Shown in pieces: positions 48,987 to 58,931 of a stretch of DNA of 64,000 bases (positions within the stretch are counted from its first letter, which is position 1; the number at the start of each line of letters is the position of its first letter). Source of the DNA: Escherichia phage HY02; the sequence record KM092515; one strand, given 5' to 3'. Made by a program: the position numbers and the translations under genes. The notes beneath the pieces were generated by a model. It did no database searches and was not told where the DNA came from. It saw nothing but the letters and a program-made list of their open reading frames with translations.

Positions 48987-49455
48987 AGAATACCTGCACT
49001 ATGACCCCGAAACAGGGGTCTTTACTTGGATTAAGAAGTCTGCTAGACACACAAAAATTGGCTCTGTTGCAGGTACAAACTTAAGAGGGTACACCAGAAT
49101 TTATTTGTTTGGTAAGGGCTATTATGCACATACCCTAGCTGTTCTGTATATGGATGGATACCTACCTGAGTGTGTTGACCATAAAAATCATGTAACACTA
49201 GACAATCGCTGGGTAAATCTTAGGGCATGTACGTTATCAGAGAACCAATGTAATAGGTTGCTCAATAAGAACAATAAATCAGGTGTTAAGGGTGTGTACT
49301 ACAAAAAACAGTATGGTAAGTGGTCTACACAGATAACTTTTAAGAAGAGGGTCTACTTCTTCGGCAACTATGACACTATTGATGAAGCAGCAGAGGTTGT
49401 AAATAGGGAACGTCAACGTTTACACAAAGAGTTTGCTAATAAAGGTGATGAATGA
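48940..49455 (+). CDS. HNH homing endonuclease with AP2 domain (second copy)
   Basis: Shares the YDPETGVFTW N-terminus and HNH core (HTLAVLYMDGYLPECVDHKNHVTLDNRWVNLR) plus AP2-like segment (SGVKGVYYKKQYGKWSTQITFKKRVYFFGNYDTIDEAAEV) with 38824-39357; start may be the internal Met. Confidence 0.75.
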   Translation: MKSMVGLRMLTQQTLKEYLHYDPETGVFTWIKKSARHTKIGSVAGTNLRGYTRIYLFGKGYYAHTLAVLYMDGYLPECVDHKNHVTLDNRWVNLRACTLSENQCNRLLNKNNKSGVKGVYYKKQYGKWSTQITFKKRVYFFGNYDTIDEAAEVVNRERQRLHKEFANKGDE

Positions 49456-49952
49456 GAAAAATAAAAGGTTTTGGCAATTGCCCTGAATATGGACATTGGG
49501 TTTCACTATGTGGTGAAGTTGACCCAGCAAAGCACTTTGGTTTTGTCTACCTAGTGTACTGCAAAAAGACTGGACAGTACTATTTGGGTAAGAAACAGCT
49601 TAATAGTGTGACTAAAAGAAAAGTTGCTGGGGAGACTCGGAAGAAGGTAGTTACTAAGGAGAGTGATTGGATGACTTACGAAACCTCTTCTGAGTATATT
49701 AAAAAAGATATTGAAAGCTTTGGAAAAGAATTTTTTGACTTTTACATTATCCAAACCTACTACACGAAAGGTGGCCTAGTTTATGGTGAAGCAAACCTCC
49801 AACATAAATTCGATGTAATGACAAAAAGGATTGACTCTAAGCTCAGACTCTTCTACAATGCCAACATTGCAGCAATTAAGTTTATCACTAAAGAAACTTA
49901 TGAAGATGCTGAAAAAAGAATCCATAAGGTAATGAAAGCAAATTGTGCTTGA
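49452..49952 (+). CDS. putative GIY-YIG family endonuclease
   Basis: GFVYLVYCKKTGQYYLGKK matches the GIY...YIG spacing; directly after an HNH endonuclease gene. Confidence 0.5.
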   Translation: MRKIKGFGNCPEYGHWVSLCGEVDPAKHFGFVYLVYCKKTGQYYLGKKQLNSVTKRKVAGETRKKVVTKESDWMTYETSSEYIKKDIESFGKEFFDFYIIQTYYTKGGLVYGEANLQHKFDVMTKRIDSKLRLFYNANIAAIKFITKETYEDAEKRIHKVMKANCA

Positions 49953-49973
49953 TAACTATTGAGAGAGAATAAA

Positions 49974-50204
49974 ATGTTTAACAAAAGTAAAGCTGTGAGT
50001 CATGTAGCAAAGGTTGACAGCAAGATTGAAGAACTTGAGCGCATTCTTGCAAATGCCAGAGAGTCAATAATTAAAGAAGTTGAAGCTGTTGAATCTCAAA
50101 TGCAACACCTAATGCTTAAACGTCAAGAGTTACGTGAGCATCTGGAATATATTGAAACACGAGAGCTAAAGGTTAACAGATTTTTAAGGAGTCCAAATGT
50201 TTAA
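49974..50204 (+). CDS. hypothetical small coiled-coil protein
   Basis: The track ORF starts at TTG 49959; the ATG at 49974 has a GAGAGAG RBS. Confidence 0.5.
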   Translation: MFNKSKAVSHVAKVDSKIEELERILANARESIIKEVEAVESQMQHLMLKRQELREHLEYIETRELKVNRFLRSPNV

Positions 50205-50952
50205 CTCAAGAGAAGCAGTAAAAAACTGGAATCTTCGTTGTGGAAACACTCAAAAGCAACCTTACAGTGATGAGTATTGGGAATCTTTAAAATCCCAGTC
50301 TCTGTGTATGCTTGAAGAAGCAAAAGAGCTTGTAAAAGCAATTGAAGAGAAAGACCCCATTGAGACACTGGATGCTCAGGCAGATTTGCAATATGTTCTT
50401 GACGGTTTGATTTACCTGTCACAACATGACCATAACGGTGCTATGAAAGCTGTTTGCCATAATAATGACCTGAAATACACAGATGACTATGAAGAGGCTT
50501 TAAAACGTCTTGCAGACATTGAAAAGCGCACTGGTCAAGAGTGTATCATCAGAATGTCAGTAGTTGATGGTAAAGAGTGGTATGCGATTGTTCGTGCAGC
50601 CGATGGGAAGATTATGAAGCAATCAAATCTCCCTAAAGTACAGCTTGGTGAATACATTGTAGAACTTGAAAGCCAAGAACTTTTTGTGGTAGTATCTGAG
50701 ACATGCGTTATCTGCAAAGGTATTGTAGGTAGCTTAAAGGATTTGGGTGTAGATGGTTTTGTAGAAGTTAATCCAATTACCTCTAAAGCAGATAAAGACT
50801 TCTGTAAAGAGAATGGACTATGGATTGCAGATATTGTCTACTATGATGGTGAGCAGTTCCATGTAACCTCATACCCGAAACTGAATTATGATGCTAATAA
50901 CCTGAAGTGCTGGTTAAAAGGGGTTGGTTATAATGGATTCACAGAACATTAA
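50197..50952 (+). CDS. hypothetical protein (possible MazG-like NTP pyrophosphohydrolase)
   Basis: AAGGAG RBS; N-terminal all-helical segment with EAKELVKAIEEKD...LDAQADLQYVLDGL; assignment weak. Confidence 0.35.
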   Translation: MFNSREAVKNWNLRCGNTQKQPYSDEYWESLKSQSLCMLEEAKELVKAIEEKDPIETLDAQADLQYVLDGLIYLSQHDHNGAMKAVCHNNDLKYTDDYEEALKRLADIEKRTGQECIIRMSVVDGKEWYAIVRAADGKIMKQSNLPKVQLGEYIVELESQELFVVVSETCVICKGIVGSLKDLGVDGFVEVNPITSKADKDFCKENGLWIADIVYYDGEQFHVTSYPKLNYDANNLKCWLKGVGYNGFTEH

Positions 50953-51256
50953 TAAAGAGTGTGTGGCTCAGAAGAGCCACTTCTCAAACTACAATATTTC
51001 TATGACGGTGTTTATGAATGACCCGTTACTAGAAAAATATGGTGAGACTCCAGATACACTTCTGGACAATGAACAAGTTTTAAAAGCAGTCCTGTACAAA
51101 TACGGGATTGATATTGAGAAAGAATATTCTTTTGAAATCTGCCAACACAGGAATACTTTCGGTAAAGTCGTGATGGCTCCGCTCTTTATGGGTGTAGAAA
51201 GGACTGACTATGGTTGGTTATATCTAAAAAGAAACTTGGAGAAATACCGTGTCTAA
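50933..51256 (+). CDS. hypothetical protein
   Basis: The track ORF begins at TTG 50924; the ATG at 50933 has an AAAGGGG RBS. Confidence 0.45.
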   Translation: MDSQNINKECVAQKSHFSNYNISMTVFMNDPLLEKYGETPDTLLDNEQVLKAVLYKYGIDIEKEYSFEICQHRNTFGKVVMAPLFMGVERTDYGWLYLKRNLEKYRV

Positions 51257-51581
51257 AGCAAAAAAGTTATCTTATGATGACATTATCTCAGGTGCTAAAT
51301 TAGGTGTTGATAGTATCGGACAAGATGTTAAGCACGGAGACACAGTTATGTACTGTGACGACCGAAGAGGCAGAAGTGCAATCTTGTTTGGAAGAGTTGT
51401 TTGCAAGATGCGAGGTAATTACGTTGTTGAAGACATGAATGTGGATGTCACAAAACAGCTTGAAATAATTATGAATAGTAATATATCATGGTTCGTCAAT
51501 TGTATGCACACTTCGTCAGTCACAAAGGTAAGTGATAAGTTTTACGATATGTGGCAGAATGAGCAAATTTTCAAGATTTAA
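51249..51581 (+). CDS. hypothetical protein (GTG start)
   Basis: 110-aa ORF; GTG start preceded by GGAGAAA. Confidence 0.45.
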   Translation: MSKAKKLSYDDIISGAKLGVDSIGQDVKHGDTVMYCDDRRGRSAILFGRVVCKMRGNYVVEDMNVDVTKQLEIIMNSNISWFVNCMHTSSVTKVSDKFYDMWQNEQIFKI

Positions 51582-51587
51582 ACTAGG

Positions 51588-51609
51588 GAGCCTCTTCGGA
51601 GGCTCTTCT
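51588..51609 (+). terminator. stem-loop, possible terminator or processing site
   Basis: GAGCCTC-TTCG-GAGGCTC hairpin with a weak downstream T-tract. Confidence 0.4.
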
Positions 51610-51627
51610 CATCTGTAGGATTCAAAA

Positions 51628-53862
51628 ATGATTAAGACAATTAAAAAATCAAACGGTACAGTAGTAAGCTTTGACCCAGAAAGACTGAATAAGTGGGCAT
51701 CATGGGCAGATAAGCGTGGAATTATCTGGTCAGAAGTCACTATGGAAGCCATGAAGCGTGTCTATGAGGGTTGCACTACAAAAGAGATGCACCAAGCCAT
51801 GATTGATGTTTGTGTTGATAAACAAACTCAAGAGTACTCAGATATGGCTGGACGGCTACTTCTGGGGATTATCTACAAAGAAGCCTTTGGAGGCTTTACT
51901 AAGGTTCCTACGCTGGTTACCTTCGTTAAAAATATGGAGAGAGCAGGACTTTGGGAGAAGATGGATTATTCACAGGAAGAGCTTGAATATCTGCAAGGTT
52001 ACATCGTACACTCAAAAGATATCTCTTACGGCTATGCAGTATTGAAACAGTTCAGAGACAAGTATGGTATCCGTGATATTAAAACTGGAAGACTTTTTGA
52101 GTCACCACAATTTATGTTTATGGGTATGGCTATGAAAGCCTTTGAGAAGCAACCAAAGCACCGTAGACTGCAAGATGTTATCAAGCTGTACACTTACCTA
52201 TCTGGCCTGAAGATTAACGCTCCTACGCCTTATTTAAACGGTTTAAGAGCAACTAAATCAGGCTATGCGTCATGCTGTTTGATTAAGGCAAATGATACTG
52301 CTGAATCACTTGGTATTGCTGCAAAGGTTGCTTATGATATGACTACAAAGCAAGCTGGTATTGGGATGCTGATGGAGACTCGCACTATTGGTGATGGTAT
52401 CCGTCAAAATACTATTGAGCACATGGGTAAGCTACCTTATTACAAGCTTGTACGTTCATCTGTAGAGGCAAACAAACAGAAGAGTCGTGGTGGTTCAGCT
52501 AATAACTTCTACACTGCTCTAGACCCGCAGATTGAAGATTTACTGCGTTTGAAGCACCCTACAACGGTTCCTTCTAAACGTATTAATGAGATGGACTACT
52601 CATTCGGCACAAACGATTATTTCTGGCAGTGTGTTCAGTATGATACAGATTGGTTGCTATTCTCTTACAAAGATGCACCAAAACTCTATGACATGTTCTA
52701 CACAGCATCTGCTGATGAGTTTGCTATGGCAGTTGGTCATGCAGTGCATTCAGGTGTTAAACATAGACGAGTCAAGGCTCGTGAAATTGCTAAGCTGTTT
52801 ATCCAACAGCGTTATGCTACAGGTCGTGTGTATCCATTCTTCACTAACAATGCAAACACACATACACCATTTAAAGAACCATTGAAGATGTCAAATCTTT
52901 GTATGGAAATTGTGTTGCCAGTGTATGGTTTTGAGAAAGAGACAGACCTTTACAGAGACGATGCTGTGAAAGAGGATGGTGAGGTAGCTCTTTGCTTCCT
53001 AGCTAGTTTGGTTGCAGGGAGAATTTCAGAAGATGAATACGCTGACGTTGCTTATTATGCTCTTGCAATGGTTGACTCCGTTATTGACCTTATGGATTAT
53101 CCGTATCCGTCGATGCGTAACCATGTTCAGAAGCGTCGTTCTGTTGGGATTGGCCTTACAAATGTGGCTCATTACCTTGCGAAGAACTACGTGAACTACT
53201 CTTCACGAGCAGGTAAAACGAAACTTCATGAACTTGCAGAGATGCACTCTTACTATCTGCATGAAGCCTCTCTGAGACTTGCTAAAGAGCGTGGCGTTCC
53301 AGAGTACATGAAGTTCACTAAGTATCCTGAAGGCTGGGTTCCTCCAAAGACAGCTAACAAGAAGATTGATGAAAAGCATGACGCAAAACTACGATATGAT
53401 TGGGATGACTTAGCACAGCGTATCAAAGAAAATGGTGGAATCCGAAACTCTGTATTAGAAGCTTACATGCCTAATGAGAGTTCTTCACTAGCAACTAATA
53501 CGACAAATGGCTTGTACCCAATTCGTGACTTTATTTTAACTAAAAAGTCTGCAACTGGTAACGTGCTGTTTATTGTTCCAGATTATGAAGAGTTGAAGTA
53601 TGTCTATGAAATTGCTTGGGGTATTGACACCTTTGACCTGATTGATTGTTATGCAATTGTTCAAAAGTTCACTGGTCAAGCTATCTCTTCAGATTTCTAT
53701 GTTGACTACGCAAAAGCTAAGAAGGTATCATTGGCTCAAGCTTTGAAATACATGATTTATGCTAACTCAGTAGGTATGAAAACCATGTACTACCTTAACA
53801 GTCGCATTGGTGTAGGTAAATCTGCACTGCAAGATGCTTATTGCGAGGGATGTGGTGTTTAG
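51628..53862 (+). CDS. nrdA: ribonucleoside-diphosphate reductase large subunit (class I)
   Basis: 744 aa; N-terminal ATP-cone-like segment (VVSFDPERLNKWASWA); paired with the downstream nrdB. Confidence 0.85.
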   Translation: MIKTIKKSNGTVVSFDPERLNKWASWADKRGIIWSEVTMEAMKRVYEGCTTKEMHQAMIDVCVDKQTQEYSDMAGRLLLGIIYKEAFGGFTKVPTLVTFVKNMERAGLWEKMDYSQEELEYLQGYIVHSKDISYGYAVLKQFRDKYGIRDIKTGRLFESPQFMFMGMAMKAFEKQPKHRRLQDVIKLYTYLSGLKINAPTPYLNGLRATKSGYASCCLIKANDTAESLGIAAKVAYDMTTKQAGIGMLMETRTIGDGIRQNTIEHMGKLPYYKLVRSSVEANKQKSRGGSANNFYTALDPQIEDLLRLKHPTTVPSKRINEMDYSFGTNDYFWQCVQYDTDWLLFSYKDAPKLYDMFYTASADEFAMAVGHAVHSGVKHRRVKAREIAKLFIQQRYATGRVYPFFTNNANTHTPFKEPLKMSNLCMEIVLPVYGFEKETDLYRDDAVKEDGEVALCFLASLVAGRISEDEYADVAYYALAMVDSVIDLMDYPYPSMRNHVQKRRSVGIGLTNVAHYLAKNYVNYSSRAGKTKLHELAEMHSYYLHEASLRLAKERGVPEYMKFTKYPEGWVPPKTANKKIDEKHDAKLRYDWDDLAQRIKENGGIRNSVLEAYMPNESSSLATNTTNGLYPIRDFILTKKSATGNVLFIVPDYEELKYVYEIAWGIDTFDLIDCYAIVQKFTGQAISSDFYVDYAKAKKVSLAQALKYMIYANSVGMKTMYYLNSRIGVGKSALQDAYCEGCGV

Positions 53863-53917
53863 TTTTAACAACTATGAGGGTCGTAAAAGACCCTCTAAAA
53901 ATAACTTTGGAGAGACC

Positions 53918-54175
53918 ATGAAAGATTTAATAGAAAAACATGAGCGACCAATATACTTGCTCTACAAACCCCGCAAAGCATTGTACTATGTGAGCAGCAC
54001 AGGTATCATGATAAAGCAGAATAATGACTTATGGGTCACTGGAGCCTCTTACATCTCTACAGCAGATGGTAAAATCTATGCAAGACCTTATGAGATGTTT
54101 AACAAAGAAAATTGGGAAGTTTTAGACAGAAAACAAGCCTTAGAAATGATAAAGAAAGGAGAAATCACGCTATGA
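53918..54175 (+). CDS. hypothetical small protein between nrdA and nrdB
   Basis: ORF 53834..54175 trimmed to the ATG with a GGAGAG RBS; could be a homing-endonuclease remnant or unrelated. Confidence 0.4.
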   Translation: MKDLIEKHERPIYLLYKPRKALYYVSSTGIMIKQNNDLWVTGASYISTADGKIYARPYEMFNKENWEVLDRKQALEMIKKGEITL

Positions 54176-55245
54176 TTAACCAGCACCCAATCTTTTTAGG
54201 TGGTGAGAGAAAAACTTTTGACTCACTTAATAAGCACTACCCAAAAATCTTTGAGCTTTATAAACAACAAAAAGCACAAGATTGGTCAGAAGATGAGTTC
54301 CCTTTTGAACAATCACGTCTTGATTTTGAGAGTGTCCCAGCATCAATGTCAGGTGTAATGCTTGAGATTCTTAAGTGGCAATGGGAAGCAGACACTCAAG
54401 TTGCTAAGAGCTTGGCATTTGCCTTTGCACCTTTTATTTCTGATGACATCTATGCAACTGCAATTATGAAGCAGTCTGAGATTGAAAACCTACATGCTCT
54501 TACTTACTCAGAGATTGTAAGGCAATGTATTAAAAATCCTGAAACAATCTTAGATGAGATTAACCAGAACATTGCTGTACAAGACCGATTAAAAACTGTG
54601 AATCGTGTTCTTGAAGAATTACTGGACGAGGGTATAAACTATCGACTGAGCTATGTCCGTGACTCACTTCTGGACAAAGACCCTTTACACTTCCATAAAG
54701 TGATTCTGAAAGGTCTATTTGCAGTGACTGCACTGGAAGGCATATCTTTTATGGCATCCTTTGCATGTACTTTTGCACTTGATGCTCAAGATAAATTTCA
54801 GGGTATTGCTCAAGCTGTCCAGAAAATTATGCTTGATGAAATCCTTCACACTAAAATTGATATTGAAGTTTTAAAAGAAACTTTAAGAGATGATGAGTGG
54901 CAGAAAGCTTTTCAACAAATTCTTCCAGAGATTAAAGTAATCTTAGATGAAGTAGTTGAAAGTGAAGAGAAATGGTCGTATTATATCTTCTCCGAAGGAC
55001 GTGCTGTAGTTGGCTTAAATACAAAGCTTCTTCATGAGTGGGTTTACTATAATGCTGCCCCATTGTATGATATGTTTGGCATTCCCAGAGATTTTGTAGC
55101 TCCTAAAGAACCACCTTTGAAGTACATGATTAAGAAGATGGAAATTGATAAAGAGCAGAATGCTAATCAGGAGCAACAGAACGGTGCGTACCTGTTGAAT
55201 ACTGTTGTAGATGATTTGAATAGTGGATTTTTAGAGGTTCCTTAA
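54172..55245 (+). CDS. nrdB: ribonucleoside-diphosphate reductase small subunit (class I)
   Basis: Start moved to the ATG with an AAGGAGA RBS; about 357 aa with Glu/His-rich helical segments consistent with a di-iron R2 fold. Confidence 0.8.
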   Translation: MINQHPIFLGGERKTFDSLNKHYPKIFELYKQQKAQDWSEDEFPFEQSRLDFESVPASMSGVMLEILKWQWEADTQVAKSLAFAFAPFISDDIYATAIMKQSEIENLHALTYSEIVRQCIKNPETILDEINQNIAVQDRLKTVNRVLEELLDEGINYRLSYVRDSLLDKDPLHFHKVILKGLFAVTALEGISFMASFACTFALDAQDKFQGIAQAVQKIMLDEILHTKIDIEVLKETLRDDEWQKAFQQILPEIKVILDEVVESEEKWSYYIFSEGRAVVGLNTKLLHEWVYYNAAPLYDMFGIPRDFVAPKEPPLKYMIKKMEIDKEQNANQEQQNGAYLLNTVVDDLNSGFLEVP

Positions 55246-55487
55246 TGACTTATGTAATTTACTCCAAAACTGGATGCCCTCAGTGTGAGACTGCAAAGAA
55301 TTTTGCAAAAGCTCGCGGTATTGACCATGTTGTGAGAATGTTAGGGCAGGACTATGAACTATCAGACCTTATGGATATTGCACAGATGCCAGTTCGTCAG
55401 ATGCCATTCATCATGAAAACTGATGGACAAAATCTAAAACCTGTTGGGACGCTACAGAATTTTATGGCAGAGGTGAATAATGCTTAA
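55245..55487 (+). CDS. glutaredoxin-like (NrdH-type) redoxin
   Basis: 80 aa with CPQC active site (KTGCPQCETAKNF); immediately after nrdB. Confidence 0.75.
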   Translation: MTYVIYSKTGCPQCETAKNFAKARGIDHVVRMLGQDYELSDLMDIAQMPVRQMPFIMKTDGQNLKPVGTLQNFMAEVNNA

Positions 55488-55686
55488 ACGCCTTTGGGAA
55501 GGTTTGGTTGTTGATGCACCAGCCATTGTGATTGGTATGCTTGTTGTTAACCTATTTACTGATTTTGAACAAGGTTCATTGTTTGGAGCCATGCTATTAT
55601 GGGTTATCTTTGAAATATTAGAGATACAGCTAGGCATCACTGAAAAACTAAGAAAACTCGTTTCGAAGTTTTCTAAAAAGATTTAA
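55480..55686 (+). CDS. small membrane protein
   Basis: 68 aa with two hydrophobic segments. Confidence 0.4.
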   Translation: MLKRLWEGLVVDAPAIVIGMLVVNLFTDFEQGSLFGAMLLWVIFEILEIQLGITEKLRKLVSKFSKKI

Positions 55687-55693
55687 AATGAAA

Positions 55694-55715
55694 GGGTCTC
55701 TTCGGAGACCTTTTT
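55694..55715 (+). terminator. rho-independent terminator
   Basis: GGGTCTC-TTCG-GAGACC hairpin followed by TTTTT. Confidence 0.7.
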
Positions 55716-55734
55716 AGCATGTAAAGGGGCAATA

Positions 55735-57879
55735 ATGAACAAAGTACAGATTATTAAAAAGAATGGCTCACTTGAAGAACCTGATATCAAAAAAGTTTTA
55801 GCGGCAGTAACAAAGTCAGCTAACAGGGTTGGATATAAAGAACTTCCACCAGATGTTACCCAAGCTCTTGAGTCAGCATTTATGAGGATTCTGGTAAAGT
55901 CCACTAAGCAGAATAATTTGCTCATTTCAGTAAATGATATTCACAGTATTGTTGAGGGTGCTTTGGCAGAAGTCAATCACGAGATTTATGAGTCTTACTC
56001 AACATATAGAAACTATCGTAAAGAGGTTGCTCAAAATTGGGATGAGCTTTACCAAAAGACTAGAGACACACTCTTCTTAGGTGACCGTGAAAATGCTAAC
56101 TTTGACAGCAGTTTAATTTCTACAAAAGGTTCAATTATTCGTGGTTACCTGACTAAAGAAATCTTTAAACAGTACCATTTAACACCAGAGGAACTTGAAG
56201 CCATTGAAAAAGGGTTTATCTACATCCATGACTTAAGAGACCTGATTTTTGGTGGTATCAACTGTTGCCTGTTTGACATTGGTAAAGTGCTGAAGGGTGG
56301 CTTTGAAATGTCTGGCATCGAATACTGTGAACCAAAGTCTGTGCTGTCAGCCTTACAGGTTATCGGTGATGTAGTTCTTTCAGCAACTGCACAGCAATTT
56401 GGTGGCTTTACTTTAGCAGAGATTGATAAGGTGCTTGTACCGTATGCTAAGAAGTCTCTACGTTATCATGCTGAGAAAGCAGCATCTTACGGTATTCCTA
56501 AAGAACATTACCATAATTATGTCATGGAGCAGCTACAGATTGAATTAACTCAAGGTTTCCAGTCACTTGAAATGAAGCTAAACACTGTACCTTGCAGCCG
56601 TGGTGATTTCGCATTCACAACTTTAACATTTGGTTTACTTGACTCAGATATGTCTAATGAAGACAACCGATTACAATACATGATTGCAAGTACTCTCCTA
56701 GATGTTCGTATGAATGGACAAGGGAAGAGCAAGAAGCCTGTTGTATTTCCTAAACTGGTTTATATTTATGACCAGAAGAGACATGATGAAAATATCTGTC
56801 AAGGTCAACTGTACAGTAAAGCCATTGAGTGTTGCTCTAAAGCAATGTATCCAGATTTCTTAAGTGTATCTGGTCATGGTGCTGTAGCAGAGGCTTTTGA
56901 GCGTTCTGGCAAGGTAATTTCACCGATGGGTTGCAGAGCCTTCTTATCTCCATATCTTAATGAGGATGGAGAAGAGTTCTATGTTGGTCGTGCTAATATT
57001 GGTGCTGTATCTTTGAACTTACCAATGATTTATCAGTACGCCAAAGAGAATGGTTTAGATTTCTGGAAAGAGCTTGACAAGTACCTAGAAATGATTCGCA
57101 GCTTCCACAAGAAACGCTACGGAATGATTGCTAATATGCCAGCAAGTTCTAATCCTCTTGCATTTACACAAGGTGGTCTGTACAAAGGAACTAAGAAGCC
57201 TACTGACAAGGTTGGCTGGGATATTGTGAAGTCCTTCACAGCTTCTTTTGGGGTTACTGCGCTTGATGAGTTATCTGTTCTTGCTGAAGGTAAACGACTT
57301 CATGAAGTTGGAAGCTATAGTTTTGCATACGATGTGATGGCATACATTAACATGAAAACTGAAGAGTTTAAAGATGAAGATGGTTTCTTATATGCCGTCT
57401 ATGGCACTCCAGCAGAATCACTTTGCGGAACTCAGCTAAAACAGTTCAGAGATATGTTTGGCGTTATCAAAGGTGTTTCTGATAAGGAATACTTTACAAA
57501 CAGTTTCCATATGAATGTTGCAGCAGACATCTCACCATTTGAGAAGCAGGACTTAGAAGAGCCATTCTTCCATATCTGTAGAGGTGGGAGAATCCAGTAT
57601 GTCAGGGTAGCTAACCCAGAAAACTTAACAGCACTTAAAAGTTGTATTACAAGAGGGATGTTGAAAGGTTTCTATCAGGGACTTAACTTTGACTTAGCAA
57701 TCTGTGAACATTGTGGTAACAGACCAAAGGCTGATGTTGAAGAATGTGAGGTTTGCCATTCACATGATATCTCTGTGATTAACAGGGTGTGCGGATATCT
57801 GGGATGGACTAAGATTAAAGGTGAATCCCGAATGAACGATGCAAAAATCGCTGAGATTCGTGACAGGATTTCTATGTAA
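55735..57879 (+). CDS. nrdD: anaerobic ribonucleoside-triphosphate reductase (class III)
   Basis: 714 aa; C-terminal glycyl-radical motif RVCGYLG and Cys-rich zinc site (CEHCG...CEVCHSHD). Confidence 0.85.
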   Translation: MNKVQIIKKNGSLEEPDIKKVLAAVTKSANRVGYKELPPDVTQALESAFMRILVKSTKQNNLLISVNDIHSIVEGALAEVNHEIYESYSTYRNYRKEVAQNWDELYQKTRDTLFLGDRENANFDSSLISTKGSIIRGYLTKEIFKQYHLTPEELEAIEKGFIYIHDLRDLIFGGINCCLFDIGKVLKGGFEMSGIEYCEPKSVLSALQVIGDVVLSATAQQFGGFTLAEIDKVLVPYAKKSLRYHAEKAASYGIPKEHYHNYVMEQLQIELTQGFQSLEMKLNTVPCSRGDFAFTTLTFGLLDSDMSNEDNRLQYMIASTLLDVRMNGQGKSKKPVVFPKLVYIYDQKRHDENICQGQLYSKAIECCSKAMYPDFLSVSGHGAVAEAFERSGKVISPMGCRAFLSPYLNEDGEEFYVGRANIGAVSLNLPMIYQYAKENGLDFWKELDKYLEMIRSFHKKRYGMIANMPASSNPLAFTQGGLYKGTKKPTDKVGWDIVKSFTASFGVTALDELSVLAEGKRLHEVGSYSFAYDVMAYINMKTEEFKDEDGFLYAVYGTPAESLCGTQLKQFRDMFGVIKGVSDKEYFTNSFHMNVAADISPFEKQDLEEPFFHICRGGRIQYVRVANPENLTALKSCITRGMLKGFYQGLNFDLAICEHCGNRPKADVEECEVCHSHDISVINRVCGYLGWTKIKGESRMNDAKIAEIRDRISM

Positions 57880-57888
57880 AACTTGACA

Positions 57889-57927
57889 AGGTGATGTGGG
57901 TCTTGATAGGCTTACATCACCTTTTTT
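57889..57927 (+). terminator. rho-independent terminator after nrdD
   Basis: 9-bp stem AGGTGATGT/ACATCACCT followed by TTTTTT. Confidence 0.7.
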
Positions 57928-58033
57928 ATTGGATGTTAGATATGGCAGAGAGTATTATTGGGTTGTTCATAGGTTCTGTCTTACTAGGGTTCTTTTTAGG
58001 ACTCTCTTATTGTGAATTGAGAGATAAGTTAAA

Positions 58034-58234
58034 ATGTTTAAGATATCAAAAGCGTTGATATACATACTCCACATTCTAATCTTCTTCTTTGGTGTTAGCG
58101 TTATGGTATGGGGTTTTTCAGACCCACAATGGAGTTTCTCATATCATGGTCAGATGGATTTATGGTCATGCTTCAAACCATTTTTAGGATTAGCTATAGC
58201 ATTCAGTGCATTACCAACTAAGGTGAAATTATGA
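58034..58234 (+). CDS. small membrane protein
   Basis: 66 aa, hydrophobic (ILHILIFFFGVSVMVWGF...). Confidence 0.45.
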   Translation: MFKISKALIYILHILIFFFGVSVMVWGFSDPQWSFSYHGQMDLWSCFKPFLGLAIAFSALPTKVKL

Positions 58235-58626
58235 TTAAGTTAAGCCAAAAACAATTAGAGTGGATTAAAGATTACGCCTCAGAGTGTGGCTCTTGCGAAA
58301 AGAATCACGTAAGATACTCAACATTCCACACAGTATTCACACTGTATGTCAGCGACAACGTTCTAAGTGATTCTGTAGAAGATGGTGTATCATTGCCTAA
58401 TGGATTGCTTGATAAATTAGCTGTAGTCTCTGGAACTTGGTCTGAAGAAGACGGTCATGAACTATCTAATGATGTTGTCTTCTACAGTCTTGAAAACATT
58501 ATGAATCCAGAGTACATTATGCTAATGACTTGCGCACAAGATTGTGTACCATTACAAAACTTCATTAAAGAACACTGTGAAGAATTTATTACTAAACAGG
58601 TTCCTTGTCAGGTGGTGTTTGAATGA
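58231..58626 (+). CDS. hypothetical Cys-containing protein
   Basis: 131-aa ORF with overlapping start. Confidence 0.5.
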   Translation: MIKLSQKQLEWIKDYASECGSCEKNHVRYSTFHTVFTLYVSDNVLSDSVEDGVSLPNGLLDKLAVVSGTWSEEDGHELSNDVVFYSLENIMNPEYIMLMTCAQDCVPLQNFIKEHCEEFITKQVPCQVVFE

Positions 58627-58922
58627 GTAAAACAATTCGAAGAAAAGGTTTAAAGAACGTTCATGGACTCTATGAGTGGAGAAATGAGGTACGTAACAGA
58701 GAAAATGCTTCAGATGTCTACTTCCATTCTGATATGATGTCCAGAAAAGGTGGCTCTTACGACTTCACAAGCCAGCCTTGTAGAGAGATTAAGAAGGCCA
58801 CTAAACGTCTTACAAGAACACAAATAAGGCAGCTTTCTAAGACATCCTTCTTAGATGAAGATTTTGATATTGATAGCAAGTCTCCAAAGAAAGCCGCTAA
58901 GAACACTTATATGTATTGGTGA
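58623..58922 (+). CDS. hypothetical protein
   Basis: 99-aa ORF with overlapping start. Confidence 0.5.
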   Translation: MSKTIRRKGLKNVHGLYEWRNEVRNRENASDVYFHSDMMSRKGGSYDFTSQPCREIKKATKRLTRTQIRQLSKTSFLDEDFDIDSKSPKKAAKNTYMYW

Positions 58923-58931
58923 GGTAACTAG

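Noticed and set aside
57883-57888. TTGACA hexamer after nrdD as a promoter -35
   Set aside because: It lies inside the 5' arm of a strong terminator hairpin and has no convincing -10 at 17 bp.
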